NCBI GenBank assembly: GCA_951406725.2
Contig: OX597823.1
Span: forward strand, 73,966,001 to 74,030,000
DNA length: 64,000 bases
Direction: 5' to 3'
Source: Octopus vulgaris
Taxonomy: Eukaryota
Below the pieces are notes generated by a model. That model searched no databases, had not been told where the DNA came from, and saw only the letters and a program-made list of their open reading frames with translations. Shown piece by piece: positions 39,687 to 53,910 of the stretch (position 1 is its first letter; the number at the start of each line of letters is the position of its first letter). The position numbers and the translations under genes were made by a program.

Positions 39687-40348
39687 CATATCAAAAAAAA
39701 AAAAAAGAAAAAAGGTTTTGATGCTCCTTGATAATTTTGACTCTATTCTATAGGAACACCCCTATTCTATTATTTTGATGCATTACAACTTAAGAATTAT
39801 CTATCTCCAGCATTCTTTCATAAGTTACAACTTAGTTTGGAGATGATTTGAGCAAAAATGATCCGGAACAGAAATTTGAACAAAAAGTTTCTGTTTGACT
39901 CAGATACAAATTCTAGTTTGTTTTTTTTTAATATAGAATTTCCATTTCCATTCAATTCTGAATTTTATTGTTAATTTTTTTTTTCATTCTAAATTTCAAA
40001 TTTTCATTCCAAATTTCAAAATTCAAAAACATTTTAATTTTATCAATTTAAAAGAAAAGAAATAAACATCAATTAAAATTTTATACATTTTATCTTCAAT
40101 AACATCTTCCAACGATACATCAATCACTGCTAGTTAACGCGATAGTTAATTGACAGTTATAGCTAAAAGTAAACTATATTCATTATAGACTGGGACTGTT
40201 ACATACTTTTGTTGCTGCACCCCAGGCACTAGCATAAGCTAAAACAGAGCAGGTAGAAAGAGGTGGTACCCTTTACCCTTCATGGTGGCATTCTGGTGGG
40301 GAAGTTTCTATATAAATATGCATATATATATATATATATATATATATA

Positions 40349-40738
40349 CTCTTTTACTTGTTTCAGTCATTTGACTGCGGCCATGCTGGAGTATGGCCTT
40401 TAGTCGAACAAATCGACCCCAGCACTCATTCTTTTTAAGCCTAGTACCTATTCTATCAGTCCCTTTCACCGAACCCATAGTTACAGGTACGTAAACACGG
40501 TTGTCAAGTGATGCTGCGGGAAAAAGTACAGACACACAAACACACACACACATATATATATATATACACATATTCGACGGGCTTCTTTCAGTTTCAAACT
40601 ACCAAATCCACTCACAAGGCTTTGGTCAGCCCGTGGCTATAGTAGAAGACACTTGCCCAAGGTGCCATGCAGTGGGACTGAACCCGGAACTTTGTGGTTG
40701 GTAAGCAAGCTACTTACCACACATCCACTCCTGCGCTT
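40349..40738 (-). mobile_element. SINE family B
   Basis: Homology to other copies. Confidence 0.8.
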
Positions 40739-40924
40739 ATATATCTGTATATATCATCATCATCATTTAACGTCCATTTTTGATGCTGGCATGAGTTGGA
40801 TGGTTTGACTGGAGCTGGCTAGCTGAAGAGCTGCCTGGGCTTCATGTCTATTTTGGCATGCTTTCAATGGCTGGTTTCCTTTCTTAATGATAATTAGTTA
40901 CAGAGTGCTTTCATTATATTTTAC

Positions 40925-41325
40925 CTTTTACTTGTTTCAGTCATTAGACTGTGGCCATGCTGGGGCACCACCTTGAAGAGCTTTTGATCGTATGAATCGA
41001 CCCCTGTGCTTATCTTTTTGCTAAGCCTCGTAATTATTCTATTATCTCCTTTTGTTGGACTGTTAAGTTACGGGGGTATAAACACACCAACACCATACAT
41101 CAAGTGGTACTGGATGACAAACACACACACAAAGACACACACACACGCACACGCATATATCACAGACTTCTTTCATTTTCTTTCTACCATATTCACTCAC
41201 AAAGCTTTGGTCAGACTGAGGTTATAGTAGAAGACACACGCCCATGGTGTCATATTGTGGGACTGAACCCAGAACCATGTGGTTGGGAACCAAGCCTCAT
41301 AACAAACAGTCATACCTGCCCCTAT
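40925..41325 (-). mobile_element. SINE family B, diverged
   Basis: Homology to other copies. Confidence 0.75.
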
Positions 41326-41329
41326 ATTA

Positions 41330-41645
41330 GTGGCACCTGAAAAAAACATTCTAGCAAGGTCATTGCCAGTGCCACTGGACTGGCTCCTGTGCAGGTGACA
41401 CATAAAAACACCATTTAATCATGGCCATTGCCAGTACTGCCTGACTGGCCCTCATGCCAGTGGTACGTAAAAGCACCCACTACACTCTCGGAGTGGTTGG
41501 CATTAGGAAGGGCATTAAACTGTAGAAACTCTGTCAGATCAAGATTGGAGTCTGGTGCAGCCATCTGCTTTGCCAGTCCTCAGTCATATTGTCCAACCTA
41601 TGCTAGCATGGAAAGTGGATGTTAAACGATGATGATGATGATGAC
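41330..41645 (+). mobile_element. Retroposon 3' fragment with (GAT)n tail
   Basis: GGTACGTAAAAGCACCCACTACACTCTC...AGCATGGAAAG..GTTAAAC(GAT)n; inverted homologues at ~40750-40910 and ~58948-59135. Confidence 0.6.
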
Positions 41646-43423
41646 ATAAATTAAGTACCAGTTATGTACTGAAGTCGATCTAATAGACTGCCCCCCCCCA
41701 CTCCACCAAATTTCGGGCCTTTTGCTTCGAGTATAAAAAAAAAAGGTCTTCAGCTTGTTGGATCCTGTTGAACCATCCAGCCTATGCTAGCATAGAAGAT
41801 AGATATAAAATGACGATAATGATGGTGATGTTATGTTTGAGTGTGCATGTATAACTGTATACGTATGTATGTATGTATGTATATATGTATGTATGAATGT
41901 ATGTATATATGTATGTATGTATGTAATTTTGAATATTGGCAGAAAAAAATTATTAGTATTATTATGTTTGCCCATGTGTATACACACTCAAACCATATCA
42001 CACGCATACATGCACGCATGTAATATATATATGTGCATATATGTGTGTGTGTGTGTGTGTACGTGCGCATATATATTTCTATATGTGCACACAACATTTA
42101 ACATATATTTAAATGAAGTTTACATATTGGTTTCCAATTTTTATTTCTAGATGCCCATAAACGGTAGAAGCATTGCTTTCTAAGAATGGATTCCCATATG
42201 CTGACATCAAGGCTGTTTCCATTTATACAATATCCATAATGTTACTCACTTTGGTAAAATTGTTCTTTCTCACAGATGAGAATTCTGTGAAAGCCAACAT
42301 TAAATCTATGACCACACTGAATTAAAAGTACATAAAAATGATATCATAGGACCGTCACTGTTACACAAACCAACACAACAAATATTTAACCATTGCCACT
42401 GACATCAACCAAAACACAAAAAATAGCAAGGATTTTTGAAAACTTATTTGATACTTAGATTCTGGTAGAAAAGATTTTTGAGGGTATATGGGACACATTT
42501 AATTACACAAAAGTAGTAACTGGTATAAAGATCAATAGTTCAAACTGAATATTGTTAATACTTGACAGAATTACTCAACTGGGTAGCAAAATAATTTGGC
42601 AATAATCAGATGGATAATGGGATGAATCAGTGATAATTAGGCCATAGGCAAATTTGTTGATACCAAACTGGGCAGCATGATATTTGGGTTCCAGCCAATG
42701 AGGTGACTAAACAGATAGGTACTACTCAAATGAATGATTTGACAAATTCCAGTTGTTTAGTCCCAAATCATCCATGATCATGCAGACTGATGATCAGTGA
42801 CAATCCAGCCATAACCATCCCTGCATTTTCCTTGCCTAGTGTACTCTGAAGTACATTATCCTATGTGTCCTTTGTTAAGATGGTAGTTTGTGATTTGAGG
42901 AACATTTGGCAGCTATTTCTAGCAAGTTGACCTACAGTGTAGGGTTTGATGACAACTAGGTAATATTCAGAAACGTGACATAGCTAGTGAACAACATTAA
43001 ATTGGTTGATTTAGCAATTGCGCAGCTTCTGATTGTATGACATGAGAACTGGGTGACGGTGTATGAGTTATGATTTGGTATTTGAATTGTTAATTATAAA
43101 CTGAAAAAGAATTTTAACCTACCATTGGAACCTATATGTAGCCTCAAGGTCACTATGAATAGCTGAATATACTGTGTACTCATTGTTTATCATAATACTT
43201 TTGAACCAGCTCTGCTCAATGTTTACTGTTCAAGCTGTTTATAGAGAGAAAGGTCAACGAATTAACATGTAAAGTGAGAAGTTTAATTAGTTGAAATCTA
43301 TCAACAAAATTGTTGAATATTAATTAATGAACTGTTGTAGAGTTATTGTGAAAGTGTTGCTGGAAAATCCCTGCTTTAGAAAAAAACGGTTGTAGCAGAG
43401 AATCTGAAACATTTAGTCTGAAA

Positions 43424-44531
43424 ATGAAGTGGAAAATAGCAACGATTTCAATTTGCTTCTTTATTTTCTTTAAAGATTTCAGGCCATCAGAGTCTTACAT
43501 TACTGCCTACTTAATGGCTCCAGAGTGGAAGAATCTAACGGCAGAACAAGTAAACAACGAAGTTTATCCAGTCTGGGTTTACACCAACTTGGTATGTTTA
43601 CTTATAATACTGTTAGTGACTGACTTTCTGAGGTATAAGATTATCATAGTCATTGCGGCACTGTGTTATGTTGCAACCTGGTTTCTGCTTCTTTTTGGTG
43701 AAGGTGTACCACAAATGCAACTAATGCAAGGAACTTTTGGTTTTGCTACTGCAAGTCAAGTTGCACACACCTCTTATATATTTTCAAGTGTGGACCCAAA
43801 ATATTTTCGACAGATATCTAGTTACATCCACAGCAGTTCTCTGGTCAGTAGATTTTGTGCTGCTTGTCTTGCTCAACTTTTGGTATCTTTAGTTAAAACG
43901 AATTATTTTGTTTTAAATATTATTTCGACGGCAAGTGTTTGTATAGCACTTGTCATATCCCTTGCACTTCCAAGGGTCTCGACTTCTTTTTATTTTACTC
44001 CAAACCCCAAATCCCCAAATCAAAATAACTATTTAAAGAATTCTAAGGGAAATGTAAATGAAGAAGAAATCCAAAAGCTAAACTGTGGCAATTCTAAAAT
44101 AGATGAAGATATTACTTCAGAAGGAACTAAATCTGAGAAACCAAAAATACCTGAAAAAGAACCAGACTCAGTGCTATTTAAACCAGGAACTGAGAAGGAG
44201 TTTGATCAGCATTCACTTGGTTCTGTACCAGAAGATGTATCGAAGAGTGAGGCAGTAGAGATTGTAATCAACGACACACAACCAAAGAAATTAGCTGATA
44301 CAAATACAATTAAAGACAGATTTAAAGCAGGTTTGAGACAGATGTGGAATGATTTTCAGAAAGCTTACAAAAACCAAAGAAATCTTATGTGGTCATTTTG
44401 GTGGGTGGTTGTCGTATGTGGCAAAACACATATTGGAAATTATATCCAGAGTTTATATGAAGACATTGTACCAAATCCTATGAGTGATATGAGTTACAAT
44501 GCTGCTATTGATGCAGCTGCTCTAGCAACAT
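43424..44531 (+). CDS. SLC19A: SLC19-family transporter, N-terminal coding exon B (paralogue of exon A, longer central loop)
   Basis: MKWKIAT start shared with A; RPSESY, YPVW, TDFLRYK, WSFWW, NYIQSL, YNAAIDA; phase-1 donor T|GTGAGT at 44532. Confidence 0.92.
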
Positions 44532-45182
44532 GTGAGTATATATACTGGGGGGTAGGAGACTTTGTTTTAATTTTTGTTGCTGTATTGTTATCATCGTCAT
44601 ATTGTCATCATTGTTGTTGTTGTCAATGTCATTGTCATCATTATCACCACCACCACCACCACATCATTAATTTTGACTGGAGAAATGAATGTCGGATACT
44701 TTTTGAACACACCTTGTATTACTTGCTGTTGTATATCATCTTTGAAAAACATCTTCTTCTTTCAGACAATGTGTATTATTAACACACAAGCTCTCTTGAT
44801 TCCTCGCCATAAGGCAATGATTGAAGAGACACCACCAGGTCAAAATACCTACGTCTCAAAGTGAGAATACCCATATCATCAGTAAATCATGCCAGGAGAC
44901 AATCTAGCAGAATCATTGACACACTGGACAAAATTCATAGTGGTGTTTCATTTCAGCTGTCTTTACATTCTGAGTTCAAATTTTGCCAACGTTGACTTTG
45001 CTTTTCATCCTTTGAACACTGGGGATGATGGAATCGACTAGCCCTCCCACTCAAAATTAGTAGAAAGGATATTATTAAATCAAGTGTGTTGTCACCACAC
45101 ATTGTCTGAAAGGAAGGAGGTGTTCTTTGTAGACAACAGTGTTTAATGATTAATGTATTCACAATTATGTGTTGGGAATGCA

Positions 45183-45748
45183 TTGGGTTGTCCAGAAAGT
45201 TCATGTCGATTTTTAAAGGAAAAAAAAAGGTTAATAAATACTTGCCATTACATTTTTAATCAACCGAATATGAACCATTTGGTTGCACAAAGCATCTCCA
45301 TCTTTCCTTTTACTTAAAAATACCCTCTTCCCAGAATTGAGGTGGTTTCATGGCAAAGAATTCATCAAGGTATCTTTTTACATCATGCAAAGAAATGACA
45401 TTTTTTCCATTAAGACTATTCTACAGAGACCCAAATAAGTGGAAATCCGAAAGATCAATATCTGGTGAATATGGAGTGTGTGGTAACACATCCCAGCCGA
45501 GCTGCAGCAATTTTTGTGTGGTTCCCAAAGCATCAAGTGCCAAAAATGAACTTTCTTATCTTCCATTTTAAAGGGTTACAGAATTAACACAGGTTACAGG
45601 AACATAAACCTTCTTCCATGAAAAGATAGCTTAAACTGTACTCTAAATAGAAGTGTAGTCAAATCCTATTTTATGGACTCAACCATGTTCTAAAATAAGT
45701 TGAAATGTAAGCTACTACAAATCAGCACGAACTTTTCGGACAACCCAA
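45183..45748 (-). mobile_element. Internally deleted mariner, same family as 15423-15987
   Basis: Same TIRs and interior in reverse orientation. Confidence 0.85.
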
Positions 45749-46580
45749 TATTAAGAATGAAAAAGTATGTCATCATGGTTAGATATGCGTGTATGTACAT
45801 ATGTATATGTGTGTGTGTGTATGTTTATGTCTAGTACAAAAGAAAAAATAGTAACATTACTCATGGGATTCAATTGTGTCTGCTGTAAACCATGTAAATG
45901 TGCTAACCTTACATCAAAGCGTCATCACAAAATTTTACATAGGCATATGATCAGAAATGCTTGGGTGGAGAACAGTTAATTATGACACCACTAGTTTTTA
46001 ACTGTCTTTTGGAAGCAGGATGGAAGGTAAGGATGTCATCAGTGGAATTTGAACTCATAATATAAAGGACCACAGCTAAATACTGCAAGGCAGTTTGACA
46101 AATAAAGAACTATAATGATTATTTCCAGTTGGCAAAAGGTCAATATTTGTAAAGAAGAGCTATGATTGATTGACTTGACCCCATTTTTTTTATTATTGGT
46201 AGACCTTCTTATCAATGTCAGAGTGGATGAAAAACAAAATTAACCCAAATTAGGTTTAATACCAATATGCTTAGATGACAAGGTATTTAGTTTGGCTGGC
46301 TCTGCCAACTTGTTTTTCTCGTTATCTCAATAGTTATCAAATTAGACTACAATTAGACTCAATAGTTATCAAATTAGACTACAAACATATAAGACTACAA
46401 ACATAAAGATGTCTCTCCTACAATATAGAAATAGACCCCAGTACCCACCTAGCATTTATTTCTTTTAACCATGCTGGGTAGAACGTTAAAGTCAACCCTA
46501 CATTTTCTGTCATTCTATCAATTTGTTAATAATCATAAGAGAAACATAAATGGTAATAGTAGTAGCAGTAGCAGTGGTGA

Positions 46581-46614
<34 letters not shown>

Positions 46615-46655
46615 CGTAGAAGAAACTGAAGTAGCAGAAGCACTAGTAGTATTAA

Positions 46656-46876
46656 CCCTTTTGTTACTGTATTTATTTTGAGATGCTCTGTGTTTCTTTC
46701 GATTACTTTAACTATAATTGAGAATTTAGTAAAATAACTTAGTTATCATTCATCTAGTGTTAGGAACATGAATTGTGACTGAGGTTTGGTGGAAGATTTT
46801 AATTCAAAACTTATGTAAACAAGACATTTGTACTTCAGAGCCAGAGCTGGTTTCAGCCAGGTTGGTATTAAAAGGG
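46656..46876. mobile_element. piggyBac-type MITE
   Basis: TTAA|CCCTTTTGTTAC ... GTATTAAAAGGG|TTAA. Confidence 0.75.
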
Positions 46877-47380
46877 TTAATGATAATTATGATAATGATT
46901 CCTACTATAGGTACAAGACCTGGAATTTGGGGCAGGGAATTAATAGTATTAATAGTATTCAACTGGTACTTATTTTATCAACCCTGAGAGGTTGAAAGGC
47001 ATAGTTGGCCTCAGTAGAATTTTAGCACAAAACAAAGCTGAAAGAAAGGCCACTAAGCTTTTTGTCCAGCATACTAATAACTCTGCCAGCTTGCTGCCTT
47101 GATAATTATTGTGATAATCCACTCTACAATAGGCACAAGGCCTGAAATTTTGGAGGAGGGTGCTATTAGATTACATTGACTCCAGTGGTCAACTCAAAGG
47201 ATAAAAGGCAAAGTCAGTCTTGTTGAAATTTGAATTTCAATTTCTGTCTCTCAAATTCACTCACAAAGCTTTGGTCCATGGTGTCAGAAGACACTTTCCC
47301 AGGGGCTGTGCAATGGGACTAATCCTGAAACCATGTAATTGTAAAGCAAGTCTTTAACCACACAGCCATGCCTGTGCCTA

Positions 47381-47424
<44 letters not shown>

Positions 47425-47428
<4 letters not shown>

Positions 47429-47670
47429 CTTGATCACCTTGACCGACCAGTCCGTCGGGCGTCCATTTGACACTGCCTGTCACAACACGCTGTCCACTCC
47501 TCTCCAGATCGTGCCTTTCTCATCCACGTGATCCCAATCGTCCTCCTGAAATCGTAACTCCACTGTCATGGAGGCCTTCCTGATGGCCATTTCCGCTCGT
47601 GCGGCTACCACTCGACAACTGTGCAGGTCCACCGATTATCAGTGAGCCGGGCGACGTGTCCAGCCCATCT
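47425..47670 (-). pseudogene. RTE LINE 3' fragment
   Basis: Minus frame GHVARLTDNRWT..VVEW*P..RKWPSGRPP. Confidence 0.7.
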
Positions 47671-47764
47671 ATATATTTATATATTTCTTATATAAACTAC
47701 TTTTTCTTCTCATACCTCATTCATTCTTATATTATCATTTTTCTTTCTTATGTTTTGAAATCAG

Positions 47765-47957
47765 GTGCTGCATCTTCCTTTGGTGTTGGATTTTTGAAAA
47801 TTGAATGGAACAGTTATGAAAATGTGCTTCTTTTCAGTGTTAATGTCATAATATCATGTCTGATGATTGTGATGGCTCTTGCTACCAAAATATGGCTAGC
47901 TTATATGTGTTATATAATCATACGTATTAGCTACCATACGGTACTCACCATAGCAAC
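47765..47957 (+). CDS. SLC19A: SLC19 downstream exon (193 bp; about TM8-TM10)
   Basis: Acceptor TTTTGAAATCAG|; AASSFGVGFLKIEW...IWLAYMCYIIIRISYHTVLTIAT; donor AC|GTAAGT; in frame with both exon A and exon B. Confidence 0.88.
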
Positions 47958-48258
47958 GTAAGTGTGTACATTATCTTTGATATATTATTACCTGCTTTTA
48001 ACCAATGGCTATATTCCAGCCATTCTTTTTATCAGCTTGTACTCTACATTGTATCTATTATTGCACTATTTTTGCTTTATTTAAAGCACAGTACTGTGTG
48101 TTATAAGAATATGTTAGTCAATGTAGTCTTTGCTAGTTTTGATCATTTGACTGAAAGCAATGACGTTGCAACCATTTTTCTAGTACTCTAGTTGATCATA
48201 TCAATACTATCACTTATTTCTGTTTTATTAATCTCCAATTATCAAACCAATGGAAATA

Positions 48259-48373
48259 TAGGCGTAGGAGTGGCTGCATGGAACCTTGGGCAAGTATCTT
48301 CTACTATAGCCTTGGGCCGACCAAAGCCTTGTGAGTGGATTTGGTAGACAGAAACTGAAAGAAGCCCATCGTA

Positions 48374-48436
<63 letters not shown>

Positions 48437-48640
48437 TTGTGTGTCTGTGTTTGTGCCCCCAACATCACTTGACAACCGATGCTGGTGTATTTACATCCCT
48501 GTAACTTAGCACTTTGGCAAAAGAGACTAATAAAATAAGTACTAGGCTTACAAAGAATAAGTTCTGGGGCCGATTTGCTCGACTAAAGGTGGTGCTCCAG
48601 AATGGCTACAGTCAAATGAATGAAACAAGTAAAAGAGTAT
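48259..48640 (+). mobile_element. SINE family B (head partly deleted)
   Basis: Homology to other copies. Confidence 0.8.
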
Positions 48641-48897
48641 AAAGATGTACATGAACAGAAATATTTATATATATATATGTACATAATCACACTCACACAC
48701 ACACACACACACAGACGCAAGAGTGGCTGTATGGTAAAAAGGTTGCTTCCCAACCACATGGTTTTGGGTTCAGTCCCACTTCATGGCACCTTAGGCAAAT
48801 GTCTTCTACTATAGCCTTGGGCCAACCAAAGCCTTGTGAGTGGATTTGGTAGATGGAAGCTGAAAGAAGCCCATTGTATATATATATATATATATAT

Positions 48898-49125
48898 AAA
48901 TTTATAAATAAGGATAAGATCGATATTATCAAGTGGCCAGCATGGGAATAAATACCATACAAAAAAATAATTATTTAAAACTATAAATTAGGCTATCTGA
49001 GAGATACCACTATGCTGAAATAGCAGTCAAAATCCTGACGAATGGAACATTTAAAGTGGTTTTAGGGTCAGGGTTTTGACTGCTATTTCAGCATGGTGGT
49101 ATCTCTCAGATACCCTAATTTATAG

Positions 49126-49127
<2 letters not shown>
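48898..49127 (-). mobile_element. Hairpin insertion (61-bp arms) with unpaired extension, between (TA)n tracts
   Basis: 48979-49039 is an inverted copy of 49067-49127; ~80-nt extension on the left. Confidence 0.7.
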
Positions 49128-49156
<29 letters not shown>

Positions 49157-49159
<3 letters not shown>

Positions 49160-49760
49160 GGTGCAGTGAATATATTGTCGTCTAAATTATGCAAAAATTA
49201 AAATAACACTGTCATCTCATTTTGACAGATATATTTATGAAAATTACAAAAAAATATCTTGAAATACTAAAGAGTAAATTTATTCAGTAATGCCATTGGC
49301 TTCAACAACAACCTCCAGATAACATCGAAATCTCCTGCAACTCTTCTGGATGGTCTCCTTGTTTAAGTTAGCGAATGCTGCATTAATCCTTGTCTTCAGT
49401 TCATCTATGATGTACAAGGAGTTTTTGTTTTGTTGGTCTCTTGCTTAATTGTGTCTCACACATAATAATCAAAGGGGTTGCAGTGTGGGAAGTTAGGTGG
49501 CCCCAGATGTTAGGGGTGATGTGGTCACAGAAATTGTCTGACAGCAATGACTGGGTTTTCCTGCTTGTGTGGCATGGGGCAGAGTCCTGTTGCCAGACTT
49601 CGAGTGTTCTAGCAGCCACCCTCTTGACCCACTGCAGCACTACATCCTTCAGGCACTTGATGTAGGCCTCCATGTTGAGTCTGAGGTCATGTGGGAAGAT
49701 GAATGGAAGCATGACGTTGCCTTCACTAGTGATCACTCCAAACACCATGATGCTTGATTC
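49157..49760 (-). mobile_element. Tc1/mariner DD37D-like transposase 3' fragment
   Basis: TA|CAGGGTG end; MVFGVITSEGNVMLPFIF...WQQDSAPCHTSRKTQ. Confidence 0.8.
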
Positions 49761-50503
49761 TTATCTCTCTCAATACATGTTTTGAGGACACAGCAAGTCT
49801 CAGATTGACAGCCAGACACTCTGAAATGTTCATGTTGGAGCTTCTGGTGCAAATGCTAAGCAGTACAGTATGTTGTTTCTAATTTCTGGCAGTGAATTGT
49901 GTCATGGTGCTGTTTTACTCACTGTGCTCAACTGACCCTACTATACTGTGTGGTCAACAAAATCAAAAAGAAACAATGTGCATGCATAAAATCAAGCAAA
50001 AAAGAATGGTGTCTATTTACCAAATACATCCTATATATATACATATGTATTTGTGTGTCTGTCCCTCCACCATTGCTTGACAACTAATGTTGGTGGTTTT
50101 ATGCCCCATAACTTAGCGGTTCAGAAAAAGAGACTGATACAATAACTACTAGGCTTACAAAGAATAAGTCCAGGGGCTTTTTGGTTGACTAAAGGTGGTG
50201 CTCCAGCATGGCCACAGTCAAATGAAGGAAACAAATAAAAGAATATATATATATATATATATATATATAGTATAATATAATATAAATAATATATAAATAT
50301 ATGCATATATACAATGGTTGGACAAAAAGTTGTATCAAATTGTTGATATAGCATGGACATACAGGTTCCCAAACAGCATCAGTGAAAATCCAAAAGAAAA
50401 AAAACTTTTGATTCAACCTGGTATCTGGCATTCATTAATACTGTAAAACAATATTTACTTCACCATAAAGTTCAGCATACATTTTTACACTGCATGTGTC
50501 ATG

Positions 50504-50562
<59 letters not shown>

Positions 50563-51265
50563 GCTACTGATACTGCTGCTGCTGCTGTGATGGTCATGGA
50601 TAGTCATTTGACCTGCAAATAGCAGCTAGATTTGCTCAACTCGTAACTTAATGACTTGAAATAGGAAGGATACATTATATACTATAATCCTAAAAATACA
50701 ACAATTGAAGGATGGCTATAATTGGAACATTTTTTATCATAAGCCTGCTGAATCATTGCTCACTTGGTGTAATACTAGAAAAACATATGCGGTTTTGCAT
50801 TCATATGTGCATTATTCACTCTGTAATGACACATGACAGTGAACTAAAGGGAGAAATCCTTCTATGCTTATGACACTAGGTTTAATGTATTCTGGGACTT
50901 CACTTACAACACATCTTAATATGATTGTACATTAGAATATATACTGAGGTGGAAAGTACAGGAAATTGAATATCATTAATTAAATTCACATTTTTATGAT
51001 AAATTGGAAATTTCTACTTTTTATACTTAATTAATGTTTGTAGTTTTACATTATTATTTTAGTCTGTGTAGGTATTGTCTATTTTCCCTACACTGCTAGT
51101 AGGTCCTTGACCTAGAATCAAAAGACAACCTAATACTATTGCTAGTGTCTGTTGAAAGCATACATCTTCAAGTAGCATGATTATATTACAATAGTAATCT
51201 TAGGATACATTTACCCTTGTTTATTATGTGGGTTTGGTTCCTAAAATACAAAGTGGTATATACAA

Positions 51266-51797
51266 AGGCGGCGAGCTGGCAGAAACATTAGCACGCCGGG
51301 CGAAATGCTTTGCAGTATTTCGTCTGCCGTTATGTTCTCAGTTCAAATTCCACCGAAGTCAACTTTGCCTTTCATCCTTTCGGGGTCAATAAATTAAGTA
51401 CCAGTTACGCATTGGGGTCGATATTTCGTCTGCCGTTACATTCTCAGTTCAAATTCCACCGAAGTCAACTTTGCCTTTCATCCTTTCGGGGTCAATAAAT
51501 TAAGTACCAGTTAAGCATTGGGGTCGATATAATCGACTTAATCCATTTGTCTGTCCTTGTTTGTCCACTCTGTGTTTAGCCCCTTGTGGGTAGTATAGAA
51601 ATAGAAATAGGTATTTCGTTTGCCGTTACGTTCTGAGTTCAAATTCCACTGAGGTCGACTTTGCTTTCATCCTTTTGGGGTCGAAAAATTAAGTACCAGC
51701 TATGTACTGGGGTCGATATAATCGACTTAATCCATTTGTCTGTCATTGTTTGTCCTCTCTGTGTTTAGCCCCTTGTGGGTAGTAAAGAAATAGGTAT
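51266..51797 (+). mobile_element. SINE family C multimer
   Basis: One head, one partial and two full body units. Confidence 0.85.
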
Positions 51798-51829
51798 ATA
51801 TTTGCTTACTGCTGTTGCTTCATGCACTT

Positions 51830-52150
51830 GCTTGATGGGACTAGGGTCATCCCAGGTTAGTGGTCCCAGAGATATCATCAAGTAATAAGGCTGACCAGGT
51901 TTACCAGTGCTCTCTGTTACTGGTGGCCCCATGCCAGCCCCTCTGCATCCTCTAAGGTGACATTGAGCCTCTGGAAATCTTCCCCAATCCCATCCAGCCA
52001 TCTGGCGTGGATTCTGCTTTGAGGCCTCTTCCTGCTTGCAACGGCTGTGTCAAATGAAAGCAAAGCCCTAATGGGATGATCTAGCAGGAGACGGAAGAGG
52101 ACATATCCATACCAACACATGCAATGAATAGCTATGAGGTGGGAGGCTGT
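51830..52150 (-). pseudogene. RTE-like LINE 3' fragment
   Basis: WYGYVL...RKRPQSR..ARWLD.IGEDF. Confidence 0.6.
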
Positions 52151-52334
52151 GGGCTGCATCAGTGATAAATGAACTATTTCCATAGATCTTGTAAATAAAA
52201 TGAATTGAAGATGCATTCATACCAAACCAGCTGCTCACAGCAGCAAAGCTTCTACCATCACATGTTACTATCACATGTTAACAGATGAGTATATTCTGCA
52301 GAGAATAAGCACAGGTGCCTTCATATTTTTTACT

Positions 52335-52706
52335 CTCTTACACTTTTACTTGTTTCTGTCATTTGACTGTGGCCATGCTCGAGCAAATCGATCCCAGGAC
52401 TTATTCTTTGTAAGACTAGTACTTATTCTATTGGTCTCTTTTGCCGAACTGCTAAGTTATGGGGATGTAAACACACCAGCATTGGTTGTCAAGTGATTTT
52501 GGGGGGACAAACACAGACACACAAACGTATACACACACACATTTATACGATGGGCTTCTTTCAGTTTCCGTCTACCAAATCCGCTCGCAAGGCTTTGGTC
52601 GGCCTGAGGCCACAGTAGAAGACACTTGCCCAAGGTGCCACGCAGTGGGACTGAACCCAGAACCATGTGGTTAGTAAGCAAGCTACTTACCACACAGCCA
52701 CTCCTA
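52335..52706 (-). mobile_element. SINE family B
   Basis: Homology to other copies. Confidence 0.8.
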
Positions 52707-52712
52707 CATCTA

Positions 52713-52764
<52 letters not shown>

Positions 52765-53011
52765 TCTTTCTGTCTATTCATTGAACTGTTCTGTCAGTCT
52801 ACAATTGCATGCATGCATGTATTTATATTAGCATGTATGTATATACATGTACGCATGAGTGTATGCCAGTGTCTTTGTTTTCTAATTATTTGAATTCTTC
52901 TTCTGAAAGAGCTACTTTGAGCAAAGAAATAAAATCCCATCACTGAAGTCATGATAACAACAATGGGGAAGAGTTGCATGTTGGATTTTGAAAAGACTTT
53001 TATACCTAGGC

Positions 53012-53910
53012 ACACATGTATGCTCTGCATGTGTATGTATGCATGTATGTGTGTGTATCTCCATGTATATATGTATGTATGTGTGAATGTATGTATGTAA
53101 GTATGTATGTGTATCTGTATGTGTGAATGTATGTCTGGCTGTATGTATGTATGTGTGTATGTATATATGTATGTATGTGTGTATGTATGTATGTATGCAT
53201 GTATGTATATATGCGTGTGTATCTACATGTATGCATGTATGCATATATGCATGTATATATGTATGCATGTATATATGTATGTATTTATGTATGTATGTGT
53301 CTGTATGTGTGTATGCATATATGTATATATGTGTGTGTATCTGCATGTATGTATGTGTGTATGTGTGTATGTATGTGTATATATATGTGTGTATATCTGC
53401 ATGTAAGTATGTATGCATGCATGCATGTATGTATTTATGTATGTATGTGTGTGTATCTGCATGTATGCATGTATGTGTGTGTATGTGTGTGTATGTGTGT
53501 ATGTATACATGTATGTGTGTGTGTATCTGCATGTATTTTTGTATGTTTATGTGTGTATGTATATATGTATATATGTGTATCTGCATGTATTTTTGTATGT
53601 TTATGTGTGTATGTATATATGTATATATGTGTATCTGCATGTATGTATGTGTGTGTCTATGTGTATGTGTGTATGTATGTATGTTTGCATGTATATTGTA
53701 TATGGGTATGCGTGTGTGCGTGCATTTTGTATATATGTGTATCTTCTTGTGTATATCTTGTGTGTAAGTATTTCGTATATATGTATGCAGTATATATGTG
53801 TATATATGTGTGTGTATGCATGCATGCTTGTATATTTGCATGTGTGTGTATTTATGCATGAATGCATGTGTATATATGCATGCAAGCATACATGAGTATA
53901 TCTGCATGTA
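53012..53910. repeat. Degenerate (TATG/TG)n tract with recurring TATCTGCATG
   Basis: Direct reading. Confidence 0.9.

Noticed and set aside
44532-44782. C-terminal Cys/His-rich tail of the 452-aa ORF
   Set aside because: Intron read-through past the GTGAGT donor; SLC19 similarity resumes at 47765
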